64,000 bases of DNA from Octopus vulgaris (GCA_951406725.2 OX597836.1:31620001-31684000); one strand, 5' to 3'. Numbered from the stretch's first letter, positions 1 to 14,699 are shown. The notes: generated by a model from the sequence alone, not told the origin. Numbers and translations are program-made.

Positions 1-411
1 CTGTCCAAAAACAAGTCCAAACAATGTAGGATTGCAATGTGTGTCATTAAAGGGGCAAGAGAGGGTTATACTGTTGCAAATTAACCGTTAAGTAATTATA
101 AAATTATATGACTTGTGAAGCTCATTATAAGAAATTGACTCTACTTGAAATGCAGGATACAACTAGTCATAAATAATGTCTTAAAGTATTGTATTAAACA
201 GCATCTCATTTAAATAGCGACAAATTGTATTGAAATTTATTGAAAGATGGACAAATAAAAAAAAAGAAGAAAAACTATTTTAAAAAAGCAGAAAAGAAAA
301 GAACAAAAAAAATTTCTATTTTCATTATTATTAATATTATTATATTGGTGGACTTAGTTTTATTAGCCTTGGACATATATATACATATATATATATATAT
401 AAGTATATATG

Positions 412-442
<31 letters not shown>

Positions 443-458
443 ATATATATATATATGT

Positions 459-508
<50 letters not shown>

Positions 509-1117
509 GCATATACACATATATAGTGCTTTTTGTTTGTTTTTGTCCCATCATACCCCAACCCTACCCCACCTCCACTCAACCCCCCCAATCGACCCCA
601 CCCTCCCAGTCGACCCCCCATCTCACCCCACCACCATCATCATCATCATGAGCATCATGCATTATTATCATTATTACTAATTTCAATTTTTTTTTTTTCT
701 TTTATTTCCCCCCCCCCTCGATTTCTTTTTCACACACGTCTAAAAACCAATAATATATGATTTGTACTGCTTCCAGTTTTCACAGTTTGTTCTCCGTTAA
801 TTTCCTTCCCGGAAATGAACAATTTTTTTTTTTTCCTCTTCCCCCCTTAACTTCCTCTCCGCCGTCCTTTGCACAAATCTTCTTCAAATGCCTCTTATTG
901 TTGCTCTTCTGCCATTCAGACCAATCACGCTTCAAACAGGAGACTGTCAACAAGTGACAATGGTTGTACATCTCTTGGCATTAAAACTACATCCTCATTC
1001 ATTAGAATTAAAGCTCATGGTGAAGGTTGGTGCCGGAATTATCTCCAAAATGTCCAAGTTTCATAAACTAGATTCTGCATTCAATGAGTATTTATATTTA
1101 ATATTTAACCCTTTTAA

Positions 1118-2354
1118 GGTGGCGAGTTGGCAGAAACATTAGCACATCAGGTGAAAAGCGCAGAAGTATTTCGTCTGTTGCTACATTCTGAGTTCAAATT
1201 CCACCGAGGTCGACTTTGCCTTTCATCCTTTCAGGGTCGATAAATTAAGTACCAGTTGTGTACTGGACTCGATCTAATTAACTGGCCCCACCCCGCAAAA
1301 ATTTCAGGCCTTGTGCCTAGAGTAGAAAAGAATATGTTTGTCTTCTACTGCCTTTTAAGCTGGTGAGCTGGCAGAATCATTAGCACATCAGACGAAAAGC
1401 ATAGCAGTATTTTGTCTGCCGCTATGTTCTGAGTTCAAATTCCACCAAGGTCGACTTTGCCTTTCATCCTTTCGGGGTTAATAAATTAATTACCAGTTAT
1501 GCACTGGGGTCGATGTAATTGATTTATCCATTTGTCTGTCCTTGTTTGTCCCTTCTATGTTTAGCCCCTTGTGGGCAATTAAGAAATAAGAAATGTTAGC
1601 ATGCCGGGTGAAATGCTTAGCAGTATTTTGTCTGCCGTTACGTTCTGAGTTCAAATTCTGCCGAGGTTGACTTTGCCTTTCATCCTTTCAGGGTCGATAA
1701 ATTAAGTATCAGTTATGCACTGGGGTCGATGTAATCGACTTAATCCATTTGTCTGTCCTTGTTTGTCCTCTCTGTGTTTAGCCCCTTGTGGGTAGTAAAG
1801 AAATAAGTATTTTGTCTGCCGTTATGTTCTGAGTTCAAATTCCACCGAGGTCGACTTTGCCTTTCATCCTTTCGGGGTTAATAAATTAAGTATCAGTTAT
1901 GCACTGGGGTTGATGTAATTGACTTAATCCTTGTTTGTGTCTCTATGTTTAGCCCCTTGTGGGCAATAAAGAAATAAGAAACATTAGCATGCCAGGCGAA
2001 ATGCTTAGCAGTATTTCGTCTGCCATTACGTTCTGAGTTCAAATTCTGCCAAAGTTGAGTTCTGCCCAGTTACGCACTGGGGTAGATGTAATCGACTTAA
2101 TTTCCTTGTCTTTCCTTGTTTGTCCCCTCTATGTTTAGCCCCTTGTGCACAATAAAGAAACAAGAACGTTAGCACACTGGGCAAAATGCTTATTGGTATT
2201 TTGTCCATCTGAGTTCAAATTCCACCAAGATCAGCTTTGCCTTTTTTTCTTTCAGGGTCGATAAATTAAGTACCAGTTGTGTACTGGGGTCAATCTAATC
2301 GACTGGACCCCTTCCCAAAAATTTCGGGTCTTGTGCCTAGAGTAGAAAAGAATA
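1118..2354 (+). mobile_element. Tandem array (~6 units) of SINE family B (Nin/Deu-like core). Other clusters: 12475-12912+, 13100-13335-, 24495-24900-, 63143-63510+
   Basis: Repeated gagttcaaattccgccgaggtcgactttgcctttcatcctttcggggtcgataaattaagtacc. Confidence 0.88.
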
Positions 2355-2754
2355 TTTAACCCTTTAGCATCTAAATTACTCTGTCAAATTGTTTTGAATT
2401 AATTATACATCATCTTTTAGCATCGAGGTATTTGATGATGTGATTGTTTATTTTTGGAATAACATTGTAGGATTGGTATGAGAGGATGGATCTGGCCAGT
2501 CTGAACATGAAATAGGTAGAATATTTGAGCTGGATATGGCCTGTTTAAATGCATTCAGTTTGCTCTATCTAATGTTATATTTATTTATTCAAATTGGAGT
2601 GGATGTGTGGTAAGTAGCTTGCTTACCAACCACATGACTCCAAGTTCAGTCCCACTGCATGGCACCTTGGGCAAGTGTCTTCTACTATAGCCTCGGGCCT
2701 ACCAAAGTCTTGTGAGTGGATTTGGTAGACAAAAACTGAAAGAAGCCCATCGTA

Positions 2755-2848
<94 letters not shown>

Positions 2849-3869
2849 GTATGTATTTTCTTCACTTTAGCCATAGGAGTGGCTAAGTTACCACCATCGG
2901 TTGTCAAGCGATGTTGGAGCGACAAACACAGACACACAAACATATACACACATATATATATACATATACACACACACACACACATATGTATATATATATA
3001 TATACACATAGACATATATACGACGGGCTTCTTTCAGTTTCCGTCTACCAAATCCACTCACAAGGCTTTGGTCGGCCCGAAGCTATAGTAGAAGACACTT
3101 ACCCAAGGTGCCATGCAGTGGGACTGAACCTGGAACCATGTGGTTGGTAAGCAAGCTACTTACCACACAGCCACTCCTGCACCTTAAAAGTTATCAGTTT
3201 TTCACTTATTGATTTCAAGAGGTTAGTACACAATCGTTTTTGATTCATTATGACTATGCTTCCAAAGACTGTGATGGTGTGTAACTTAGTGGCTTGGGAG
3301 CTTGGCTCAACACTGTTGCATTGGGGGTTTGATACTTAGACTGAGCAGCCTGTTAATTTCATGTTGCTTCAATCCATTCAGCTGAAAATGAGTGCCAATG
3401 AGTACAGTAACAGCTGTGGGTGGGGTGAATAAGGTTTAAACTCATGACAGACTAATGTCCTGCTAAGCAGGAGGTTTTATATCCTCAGTTACTCAAATGT
3501 CATAAAAACTTTACAAATATTAAATCCTGTCCAGAGGTATTAAATCGACAGACATTAATTCTTGCAACTGCAACAGAATATTTCTTCTTGATCAGTGAGA
3601 CTCAGAAACTATGATCACACTGGTTCCCTGTTTGAGAATGACTTCCTCCCTTCCATCCACCAATCTCTAAGAACCTGAAGAAATGTTGCCCTTTCTCCCC
3701 AGAATAAGTGATATGAAAAATAAAAGTAAAGGCCACAGAAACTAGATCCTTTATTAACCCTTTAGTATTTAAACTGACCATACCAGGCCAAAATGTTCTA
3801 CCCCTTTTATGCTCAAACTGGCCAGATCAGGTCACCAACATGTACCCTGTAATGTCATTGTAAAAATAA

Positions 3870-4230
3870 AGGAGAGCACTCAGAGAGAGCAAACCTCTGC
3901 CAAGACAACACCAATGTCCTTTCGACAATTAGCCAGAGATGATTTTTAAAAGGAGAATATCTGAAATAAACTCAACTGCTCTCACAAATGAGAATACTAA
4001 AAATGAACCTGACTGCTCTTAAAAATTAAGCAAATATAAAAAATAATCCAGAATCCTTGTCCAGTGCTGGATCAATCCCAAGATCTAATCAATTTGTGCC
4101 AGTCATGAGGTCAAACATCCTTGAAAGTTTCATCCGAATCCATCCAGCGATTCTTGAGATATCTTGTCCATGGACAAACAAACAAACACAGCTGAAAACA
4201 ATACTTCTGCCTTCGCAAAGGCGGAGGTAA
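3870..4230 (+). mobile_element. Small element with a 3' hairpin (Helentron/DINE-like), nested in a TTAA-type MITE (3753-4345)
   Basis: Ends cttctgccttcgcaaaggcggaggtaat after a (caaa)n tract; the MITE resumes on both sides. Confidence 0.5.
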
Positions 4231-4384
4231 TGATCACATCAACAAAATCTTGAACACATGAGATAAAGCATGATTAATGCAAAAACAAAGGGAATAAGAA
4301 ATATGCATTGCATTTGACAGAGTAACCTGTATGCTGAACTGTTAATGTTTTGGGTAATAGAAACTCTGAGGTAAGACTACTTAC

Positions 4385-4439
4385 TTGTTTGCTGTTGTCA
4401 AGATCATAATTGAGTTTTTTGCATTTGGTTTCGGATGAC
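4385..4439 (-). CDS. ENPP-family exon (degenerate GxHGxDN region); last exon found, gene continues past the window start
   Basis: ttctgacag|G...CAA|gtaagt; 55 nt, phase 2->0; SSETKCKKLNYDLDNSKQ vs KYCGSGFHGSDN. Confidence 0.75.
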
Positions 4440-4873
4440 CTGTCAGAAAAATATAATAGAAAAATCTTGAGAGATATTCTTTTAGTCTTTTATTCTTTTA
4501 TTTGTTTCAGTCATTTGACTGTGGCCATGCTGGAGCACTGCCTTTGAAACTGAACATGGTGGTATTGTCAATGATAATGATGATGTAAACAACAAAAATA
4601 GTGATTCAATGCTGTTGCTGCTATTGATGATGATGATAATGATGATGGTGTATATGTGGTTTGGATATCTTTTATCTTTTACTTGTGGTCAGTCATTGGA
4701 CTGCAGTCATGTTAGGGCACAACCTCGAAGGGTTTTAGTCAAATGACTTTTATATTTATATTTCTAAAAGCGGTGCCCCAGCATGACCACAGTCAAATGA
4801 ATGGAACAAGTAGAAGAATTAAAGAATATATATATTTTCTTTTATTCTTTTTTTATTCTTTTATATATATATA

Positions 4874-5622
4874 CTAGCAGTATAACCCGGCCTTGTCCGG
4901 GATTAAGTTACGATTATTAAGCTAATCAAGTTCTTTATTTCAAACCAAACTTAGTAATATAGATGTTAAATTTGGGCGAAATCTGTTGAAATTAGTTATA
5001 TTATATATATATATATTATATATATTATATATATATATATATATATAATAAAATATAAATATATATGGACAACAGACACAAACACACATACACACACATA
5101 CGTACGTACACCTATTGCATGTTTTGTGCACGCATACATGTTCATAAAAAGAAATGAATGGAAAAAAATGTTGTTAAATTTGTAGTTTAAAACTCGCACG
5201 ATTTTCACTAAAGTATATATACCATGATTATAAAATATAGTCTCTTTCAAAAACAAAAAGCAAAACATTTTACATTTTCTTTTTTATGAACGTCATAACT
5301 TACTCTCTCTGTCTCTCCCTCTCTCACTTTGTCTTTCCCGTGAAACTCTCTGCCTCCTTCTTCCACTATTCTTTATCTTATTCTTTTTTGTTTTTGTTAG
5401 ACGCCATCAAAAAAGCTAAGGCTGATATTTTTCGTGTCTAAAAGCTATGTCTGAAAATAGATATTTACGCTACCCATGGGTGCCTCGGGGAAAAAAATAA
5501 GTTGACAAAACCCAGATAGGGTGTTGACAAATGTCCTCCTAAAATTGGAGCAACATGCGTGCATAAATTACAATCACGTACATGCACACACACACGCACA
5601 TACATGCTCCCTTTTATAGATA

Positions 5623-5625
<3 letters not shown>
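4874..5625 (-). mobile_element. Non-autonomous Helitron
   Basis: On the minus strand starts TC(atatctataaaa) and ends with hairpin CCCGGacaaggCCGGG then CTAG|T, inside a (TA)n tract. Confidence 0.72.
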
Positions 5626-5659
<34 letters not shown>

Positions 5660-5660
5660 A

Positions 5661-5719
<59 letters not shown>

Positions 5720-6435
5720 AACACACACACATACACACATATATATGCACACATATATAGAGATGGGCTTCTTTCAGTTTCCATCTGCCTAATTGACTCA
5801 CACAGCTTTGCAGGGAAGGTGGGGCTGAAACTATAATAGAAAGCATTTTTCCAAGGTGCCATCCTGTGGAACTGAACCTCAAACCATATGGTCCATAAGC
5901 AAACTCCTTACACACACACACACACACACACACAGCTGCACCATCACCTAATATAGATGCATATCCTGAATCTATATTAATATTTAAACAGCTTGCAGCA
6001 ATTACATACACACACACACAGACACACATACACATACACATATACACACACTGAGGCTCGTACTTAGTCACATATACACGCATACATCATACCCCTAAGG
6101 AGATAAAAGTAATGACATGGAAACAACAAAAAAATCCCCAAATGACGAACATCCTTCTCTCACAGACACACACATAGCACGCACATGGTTCTACTAATAC
6201 ATGTTCTTATAGCCATGTATACGGTGCCATACCAAAGTAGGGAAAAAATAGAGAACCGCTACAGCAAAATACAAAAACAAAAAAAAAAGAGAAAAAAGGT
6301 AAAAAGAAGTCAAACTATTTGCAATGTAATCTCTATATTAATATTGCAAAATATCAATAAATTCTGGACATAACTTTCTCCATTTCCCATGAAACAAATT
6401 ACGTTTCATCAAATTTAGTTTTATTGGTAGAAAGA

Positions 6436-6497
<62 letters not shown>

Positions 6498-6502
6498 TGA
6501 TG

Positions 6503-6550
<48 letters not shown>

Positions 6551-6559
6551 GTAATAATG

Positions 6560-6638
<79 letters not shown>

Positions 6639-7334
6639 TAATAATAATGATGATGATGATGATGATGATGATAATATTAATGATAATGATTTCTAAAATG
6701 CAACAGATTTATAAGGTTGAACGATATAAGCACGCGTGCGCATGTGCCCCTCCCCATAAGCACACACACAGAGATACAGATACAAGCACAGACACACAAA
6801 CACCTTCACATACATGCACTCACACATGTACATGGACGCCTACACACATTCACATGTGCACACACACACTCTCGGAGAAGCACCTACACACACACATACA
6901 CAAACACATAGACACAATCTCATGTACATACATACATACACACACACAGGCTCTCTTCTCTCTCTTTCTCTCTCATACACCCACACACACAGGCACATGT
7001 ACACACAGACACTCAAACTTACGCACAAACACAAACACACATACACACACACGCACACACACAAACACACACACACAAACACAACCACACACACAAACAC
7101 ACACACACACACAAACAAACAAACACACACACAAACGCACACACACACAAACACACACACACACGCACACAAACTCACACACACACATACACACACACAA
7201 ACGCACACATACAAATACAAACTCACACACAAACACACACACAAACGCACACACAGACACACACACACAATCCATCTCTGCCAAGTGTTATATCCTCATA
7301 TGCTTCTATATGCCTATATGAACGTGTTTATGTA

Positions 7335-7375
<41 letters not shown>

Positions 7376-7761
7376 TTCTAAATTCCAATGGATTGCCAAC
7401 AATTAATAAGGTTGAACAAAACACACACAAACACACACATACACACACAAACACACACACACACATACACACACACACACATACACTCTCTGTATTGTAT
7501 GTTTGTATGCCTCTGTATATCTGCGTGTGTGTGTGTGTGTGTGTGTGTGTTTTTGTTTATGCGTGTGTTTGTGTATTTCTGCGTGAGTGTGCAATTATGT
7601 GCATTTAAGTTTATGCATGTGCTTGCATAAAGTGCATACATTTGTGTGTGAGTGTGTGTATGTGTGTATGTGTCTGTGTGTGTAATTGCCAGAGTGTTTC
7701 TGTATTTGCGTTTTGTGTACGTGTGTGCTCATGTAATTTGATTTTGTGTGTATGTGTATGT

Positions 7762-7792
<31 letters not shown>

Positions 7793-8227
7793 CATGCATG
7801 TAAGTGTAGTTGTGTGTATGTACATGCATAATTTCCAGTGTGTTTCTGTATTCACATTTTGTATAAGTGTGTGTGTGTACAATTACCAGTGAGTTTCTCT
7901 GTTCGCATTTTATATAAGTGTGTGCATGCAACAGTATTTGTATGTATGAGTTTATGTAACTCTGTGTGTGTGTGTGTGTGAGAGTGTTTATGTAATTGGA
8001 TATGTGAGTGGGCACAATCGTTGCATGCGCTTGTGTGTGTGTGTGTGCGTGTATCTTCTAGTCAAATACGATTTCCTTCTCCTAACGGACCAATCAACAT
8101 AGAACAAAAGAATAATTGAATTACTGGTAAAATACATGCCATATGTGTGTGTGTGTGTATGTGTGTGTGCGTGTACGTGAATGTGTGTGAGGGGCATGTC
8201 TGAATGTGAATAAATTTAGGTGCATCT

Positions 8228-8262
<35 letters not shown>
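6436..8262. repeat. Compound microsatellite field: (AAT/GAT)n, then alternating (CA)n/(TG)n blocks
   Basis: Seen directly. Confidence 0.97.
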
Positions 8263-8269
<7 letters not shown>

Positions 8270-8270
8270 C

Positions 8271-8500
8271 TATTGGGTTGGTGCATAATTATCGTGGCTT
8301 TTTTCAAGAAAAACAATAACAACATGCAACAAAATCATCTTTAAATGATTATTCCGGAGCATATTCACCATCTACTTCAATTACTGCTTCCAATTTGCTT
8401 GGCAGACGGTCAGACCGTCATTTCTTGTTAAATATTGTTATTGTTTTTATTGAATAAAATTTGTTGAAAAAAAGCCACAATAATTATACCCCAACGCAGA
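8271..8500 (-). mobile_element. Internally deleted mariner element
   Basis: TIR TATTGGGTTGGTGCATAATTATCGTGGCTTTTTTCAA with an imperfect inverted copy at 8464-8500; internal transposase C-terminus DRLPSKLEAVIEVDGEY. Confidence 0.85.
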
Positions 8501-9226
8501 CAAATCTGTTGACAGACAAATCTTTCTGTGGTATATCTTTCGTTATATCGTTTAATTGTTTCAGTCATTAGATTGTGGCCATGCTGGGGCACCACTTTGA
8601 AGCAGGTTTAGTCAAATGAATCAGCCTCAGTAATTATATTTTTTTAAAATGCCTGGTGCTTATTCTATCAGTCTCTTTTGCTGTACTACTAAGTTACAGG
8701 GATGTAAACACACCAACACCAGTTGTCAAGCAGTGGTGGGGTAAAACACACACATACACACACACATATATACATATAAATAAATAAATGGAGTTAAATG
8801 CAGGTGTAAAAGAATTTGAATTCTTTTACTTCTGACACATGTTTCAAAGATATCACTGGTATTATTCCAAAGGAATAAAATGGTGTAAAACAATGTAATC
8901 TTCTCTTCAGGTAAATGAAGAAATGAAACTTGTCAATAAGACATTTTAACAGAATATGATGGAAACGTATAGTGATTAACTGAACGCTATTAAGTTTGTT
9001 TTAAAAAAAATGTTAGAGGATATAATGTTAAAGGTAGTCTATAGAAAGAGGAGGGATAAAAGAAAGAAAAAAAACCCAAATAAATGAGAAGCATATATAT
9101 ATATATCACCGTGATCACCGTGACCGATCAGGCTATCAGATGTTGTTACACATCGCTGGTCACAATGCGCTTTGCATTGTTTTAGCCTTCAAATGACGCC
9201 ACTCCGCTGGCTAAGCGAGCAGGCCA

Positions 9227-9265
<39 letters not shown>

Positions 9266-10200
9266 GGGTTTCTTTCAGTTTCCATCTACCAAATCCACTC
9301 ACAAGGCTTTAGTCAACATGAGGTGATGGTATAAGATACTTGTTCAAGGTGCCACATTGTTGGACTGAACCCAGAACCATGTGGCTGGGAAGCTATGCCT
9401 GCACCAATGTAAGTACATAGAGGAGCATATGTTGATAGACAAATGAATAGCACATTTGTACATATGCAGAAGTAAATAAAGGCACTATATATATAAAGAC
9501 CACTTTCAGCCCTGAAGGGCCAAGGGATTGTGTGTATATGTGTAGGTGTGTGTGTTCCTGTCTCCTTGCCTTGACTTCCCATGAGAGTTGTGTCCTTCAT
9601 TTTCATTCTTCTGTGAAAACATGTCTGGCCTTGGGGAAATAATAACCTACTTGGGAAACAGGTAAGGGTTGGGAAAAGGAAAGGCATCCAGCCGTAGAAA
9701 ACCTGCATTCACCAAATTCAGTCTGACCCTAGTAAATAGGGGGAAAATGGATGTCAAAATTGATGATGATTAGGAAGATGAAACAATGTAACAAGGACTA
9801 ATATTATCAAATGTGTCCTTCCTTTTTCAGTGAAACAGTAGAGTGTTATTTAAGGGAGATTTGCTGCTATTTCTTGTAAGTCAAAAGACCATGAAGAGAT
9901 TCCCATTTTGACTGACACTAATAAAGAGGTTTTGTTTTATAGAATTATTACTTTATTTTTTTTGTGAACGAAGGACATTATTGGTATTTATTTCACTGAC
10001 ATCAGAGAGATAAAATCCAAAATCAACTCTGCCAGGAATTGAACTCAGATTACAAAGTGAAATAACTAAATTGTGCAATGATATTTTATTTTTCTCTCCA
10101 ACACTTTGACTAACTCAACCAAATAACATTTACAAGGATAAAACCTCAAACTAGACTGATGACAATTAGTGTGTCTGTGTGTAGAGAGAGAGAAAGAGAA

Positions 10201-10251
<51 letters not shown>

Positions 10252-11850
10252 CAGAGAGGAAGAGAGATTCTCTATTTATATAACCTTCTAACATTCAGAT
10301 TACTTTGTCAAATGTAAAACTATTTATTCACAATTGTTTTGAATTAATCATGCATAATCTTGTGGATCCAAGATTTTGATGATCCCATTGTTTATTTTTC
10401 AGAATGACAATGTAGGGTAAGTGTGAAAGGCTGGATCTAACCAGTTTGAACATATAGCTGATAGACTATTCATACTGAAAAATTCCCCAGCTTAAATGTT
10501 AAATGGTTAAAAAGAGAACTATTCAAATCATAACAGAACTACATTGACATAAAGTATTTGAGATTTAAAGAATTTCAGAACAATTTTAATAATATAATTT
10601 ACTGAAAATGTAATATAATTTGCCAACAACTATAACAAAAGACAAAAAAATAGTTTAAACATAAGCTAGGTGTAACAATAGCAATGTTGTATTTCTGTGT
10701 AATATGAAATAAGAAGAAATGGATTATTGCTTTTGAGGGTTGTTTATGTTTGAGAAAATTTGCTAAACCAACCATTGTATTGTCTAATAAAACAAAAACA
10801 AAAAAGAAACCAAAAAACAAAACAAAACACTGTATTGACAGCACAGTATGATATAAAATTATTTCAGAGTCAGGCTTGAGGAATAATATCATGTATAGAA
10901 TTTAGTAAATAAATAAATTAATGAGCTCAGTGGGTTGTCATATAATTCCTTTTTCATATGTAGATTCTGTCAGTACTGGCTTGGCTGTTTGGGTAGGAAG
11001 TTTGCTTGTCAACCACATGGGTTCAGGTTCAGACCCACTGTGTGATACATTGGGCAAGTGTTTTTTGCTATAACCCCAGGCCAACCAAAACCTTAGAAGT
11101 GTATCTGTCATACATTGTGTGTATGTATGTGTTTATATATACATATATGTGGAGGTGCAACAGTCCAATGGTTAGGGCCGTGGACTCACGGTCGTGGGAT
11201 TGCAGTTTCGATTCCCAGACTGGGTATTGAGCGAAAACACCTAAAGCTCCACGAAGCTCTGGCAGGGGGTGGTGGTGAACCCTGCTGAACTCTTTCACCA
11301 CAACTTTCTCTCGCTCTTTCTTCCTGTTTCTGTTACACCTGTTTTTCAAAGGGCCAGCCTTGTCACACACTATGTATTGTAGCTACATAAACCCTTAAAA
11401 ACAATTAGTGAAAGGCTGCTACATGTTACAAAGTGAGGCTTGCTTGTGAGTAACGGCTGTAATAATACACAAGCATCACACAAGTTGCCTTTAACTAAGA
11501 CTGAGAAACTCTTTGTTGCTGGCAGAAGTAGTTACTCCATCCGGTTGTTACTCTGACCGATGCCTTCAGAACACTCACCTCTACTGCTAATTAATTAAAT
11601 TGTATTAGTCATTTACTAATACGATTTTTCCTCTGGGTTATACATACTTCTAGTTAGTTAATGGTCCATTCATGAAATATATTAACACCAACTTAATAAT
11701 TTATTTAACGGGGATAACATCAACAATATAACTGAGTCACATGCCACTGATTGGTTACTATAGCAACACTCTCCTGCATATGCAAAGCAACTTTTCATAT
11801 ACAAACTCGACAGAACAAAGAAGTGAGCTCACAAAACCATTTCTATGAAG

Positions 11851-11891
11851 ATTTCCTGAAGAAGAGGTTTTAACCCCCAAAATATCGAAAT
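11851..11891 (+). ncRNA. Decayed copy of the 58904 hammerhead-like motif
   Basis: AUUUC-CUGAAGA-AGAGGU uuua ACCCC-cAAAA-UA-UC^GAAAU; GAAA box mutated; about 60 bp of downstream flank shared with 58942-59000. Confidence 0.45.
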
Positions 11892-12282
11892 ACAAGGTAA
11901 AAGCACAAACCATTGATTTGCCTTATTTCGTATAACTTGCATTGTTTTGACATAAAAAAGCTGTATATATATATAGTTTAAACTTTAATTTCCTTTATAT
12001 TTAACATTCACTATTAATATCCCTACTCTTTCTGTTAGCTACTTATGACGTTATATCATATAACGTTTTTTTAAACAATATTAATAGCGTTCTGTCTATC
12101 GCTATACGAATCCATCATTTTTTGCTAAAATGTCGTATTGACGAGTTTCGTTTTTTCACTTTCCCGAAGAGAAGATTGCATTGTTTATACCTTTTATTCA
12201 TTTGAATAGTATCAGTGGAATTTTCGAAACATATGTAGAAAGTAAAAATACTTGTTTAAACCTGCGTTAACTCCATTTTTTA

Positions 12283-12328
<46 letters not shown>

Positions 12329-13614
12329 ACAATGCTTAATACAAATCACACTATTCTACCATTCTTGAATTATTTAATTATTTCCTTGTGATTCTGTTTT
12401 TCTATACCAACAAATATACAATTTCATACAAATAAATGATAGTGTATACTATCTCAGCATGGATGTGTGGTAAAAAACGTTAGCACACTGGGCAAAATGC
12501 TTAGCAGTATTTCGTCTGTCATTACATTCTGAGTTCAAATTCCGTCGAGGTCGACTTTGCCTTTCATCCTTTCGGGGTTGATTAAATAAGTACCAGTTAC
12601 GCACTGGGGTCGATATAATCGACTTAATCTGTCTGTTCTTGTTTGTCCCCTCTGTGTGTAGCCCCTTGTGGGCAGTAAAGAAATAAGAACTAAGAAACAT
12701 TAGCATGCCGGGCAAAATGCTTAGCAGTATTTTGTCTGTCATTACGTTCTGAGTTCAAATTCCGCCAAGGTTGACTTTGCCTTTCATCCTTTCGGAGTCA
12801 ATTAAATAAGTACCAGTTACGCACTGGCGTCGATATAATCGACTTAATCTGTTTGTCTGTCCTTGTTTGTCCCCTCTGTGTGTAGCCCCTTGTGGGCAGT
12901 AAAGAAATAAGGATATTGATTCGAAGAACCAAACAGAGCTCACAGAAAGCTCTTTGCCTGGAATGTTGCTGTTGAAGAAGACAGTAATTAAGGCTAGGAT
13001 GTAACCCCACTGTTGTCCTGAAAATCTATATATTTACGTGTGTGTGTATGTGAGTGTGTGTGTGTGTGTGTGTCCTTTTGTGTTTGTCTCTCCCCACCAC
13101 CTATTTCTTTACTACCCACAAGGAGCTAAACACAGAGGGGACAAACAAGGACAGACACACGGATTAAGTCGATTACATCGACCCCAGTGCATAACTGGTA
13201 CTTAATTTATCGACCCCGAAAGGATGAAAGGCAAAGTCGACCTCGGCAGAATTTGAGCTCAGAACATAACGGCAGACGAAATACCACTAAGCATTTCGCC
13301 TGGTGTGCTAACAATTCTGGCAGCTCGCCGCCTTCAAAGTGGATGGTGGTCTCTCCCCACCACCATCCACTTGATAACTGGTGTTGGCATGTTTATGTGC
13401 CTGTAACTTAGTTGTTTGGCAAAATATTCTGATAACATAACTACCAGGCCTAAAAGAAAATACAGGGCTTGTGCTCCAGAATGTCTGCAGTCAAATGACT
13501 GAAACAAGGAAAAAGGACAGAACGTGTCTAAGAACTTGACTGGAAAACACATTACATTCTACACTTAAAGGGATTCAGCTGAGAGCCCAGGGAAAAAATA
13601 AATATGAAAAATAA

Positions 13615-13855
13615 AGTATAAGTAGAAAGGTATATCTTTCAACGTGTAAATACTGATAGAACAGCTTATATAGGATAAAATCCTTTTAGAGCAGAAAAAA
13701 GTGTCAGCAACCAGCTTTCTACTTTAAAAGGATTTTTCTACTTTAAAAGGGTTTTTCTACTTTAAAAGGGTTTTTCTACTTTAAAAGGATTTTATCCTTT
13801 CTATGCTGTTCAATCAGTATTTACACGTTGAAACATATATCTTTCTGCTTATACT
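13615..13855. repeat. Foldback element: ~85-bp inverted arms with a 19-bp unit repeated 4 times
   Basis: tttcaacgtgtaaatactgat / atcagtatttacacgttgaaa; ttttctactttaaaaggRt x4. Confidence 0.8.
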
Positions 13856-14138
13856 AAAATATATTTCAATGTAGTAAAAAATAAAGTTACTAGTCACCAG
13901 CTTTTTAATGCCACAAACTACCTTAACCTCTCAACATTTAACCTCATACCTCGTCTACTTAGTTACTAGTTTCTATTCACTTCATGATCTGGATGTATTT
14001 TCTAAAGTAAATATTCAAAATTATTGTAGTTAGAAACAAAGATATCGTTGTTATATCTGCAACAACCACTAAGTTGTTTGACTAAACCTAGCTTTTCCCT
14101 TTAGTATAATAATGATAATAATAATAATAATAATAATA

Positions 14139-14340
14139 TTGAGAAGAGCATTGTCGCTGTGAGAGCTGTTACTGCCCATGTATTTTAATTTAACCTTAAA
14201 AAAAAAAATGAACGAACTATTCAGTTTGGTTTAATGGCCTACCAATGAATACTATGAGTTTCTTTGCCCTAGGAGTCGGGAAGATGCTCGGCAAGAAATG
14301 GAAACAAATTTGAAAGAAGAAGAAAAAAAAAAAATAATAA
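14139..14340 (+). mobile_element. 3' end of the same R4/Dong family as 31349-31555
   Basis: ttgagaagagcattgtcg...ctcggcaagaaatggaaacaaatttgaaagaag matches the reverse complement of 31350-31555; embedded in (TAA)n. Confidence 0.88.
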
Positions 14341-14351
14341 TAATAATAATG

Positions 14352-14385
<34 letters not shown>

Positions 14386-14394
14386 TAATAATGA

Positions 14395-14532
14395 TAATCA
14401 GAGATCATGAAGAAAAAAAATGCTTTCCAATTGATGTATCAATACCAGCAGATGACAACGTTTCTCTAAAAGAAATGGAGAAACTTTCAAAATACAAAGA
14501 CCTGGAAATAGAGGTAACTCGAATGTGGAATC
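14395..14532 (+). mobile_element. R4/Dong-type endonuclease fragment, second family
   Basis: IRDHEEKKCFPIDVSIPADDNVSLKEMEKLSKYKDLEIEVTRMW between TAA tracts. Confidence 0.85.
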
Positions 14533-14699
14533 AAATAATAATAATGGAGCACTGCCTTTAGTCGAGCAAATCGACCCCAGGACTTATTCTTTGTAAGCCT
14601 AGTACTTATTCTGTCGGTCTCTTTTGCTGAACCGCTCAAACATTGAATGGCTTTGAAGATCCATCTGAGTAAGTTAGGTATCAAAATGGGTCCATAAGG

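Noticed and set aside
555-632. C-rich tract (G-quadruplex potential on the minus strand)
   Set aside because: Low-complexity sequence between microsatellites, with no supporting context.
990-1065. Minus-strand DILEIIPAP resembling ENPP DLLNLTPAP
   Set aside because: In-frame stops on both sides, no suitable splice sites, and the exon that should precede it was not found.
240-8325. Many long ORFs (YIYI, HTHT, CVCV, poly-N/I)
   Set aside because: Translations of microsatellites. The same applies to ORFs at 21315-22766, 26702-27803, 29490-30176 and 55259-55639.
11424-11768. Possible solo LTR (TGTT...AACA)
   Set aside because: No target-site duplication and no second copy in the window.
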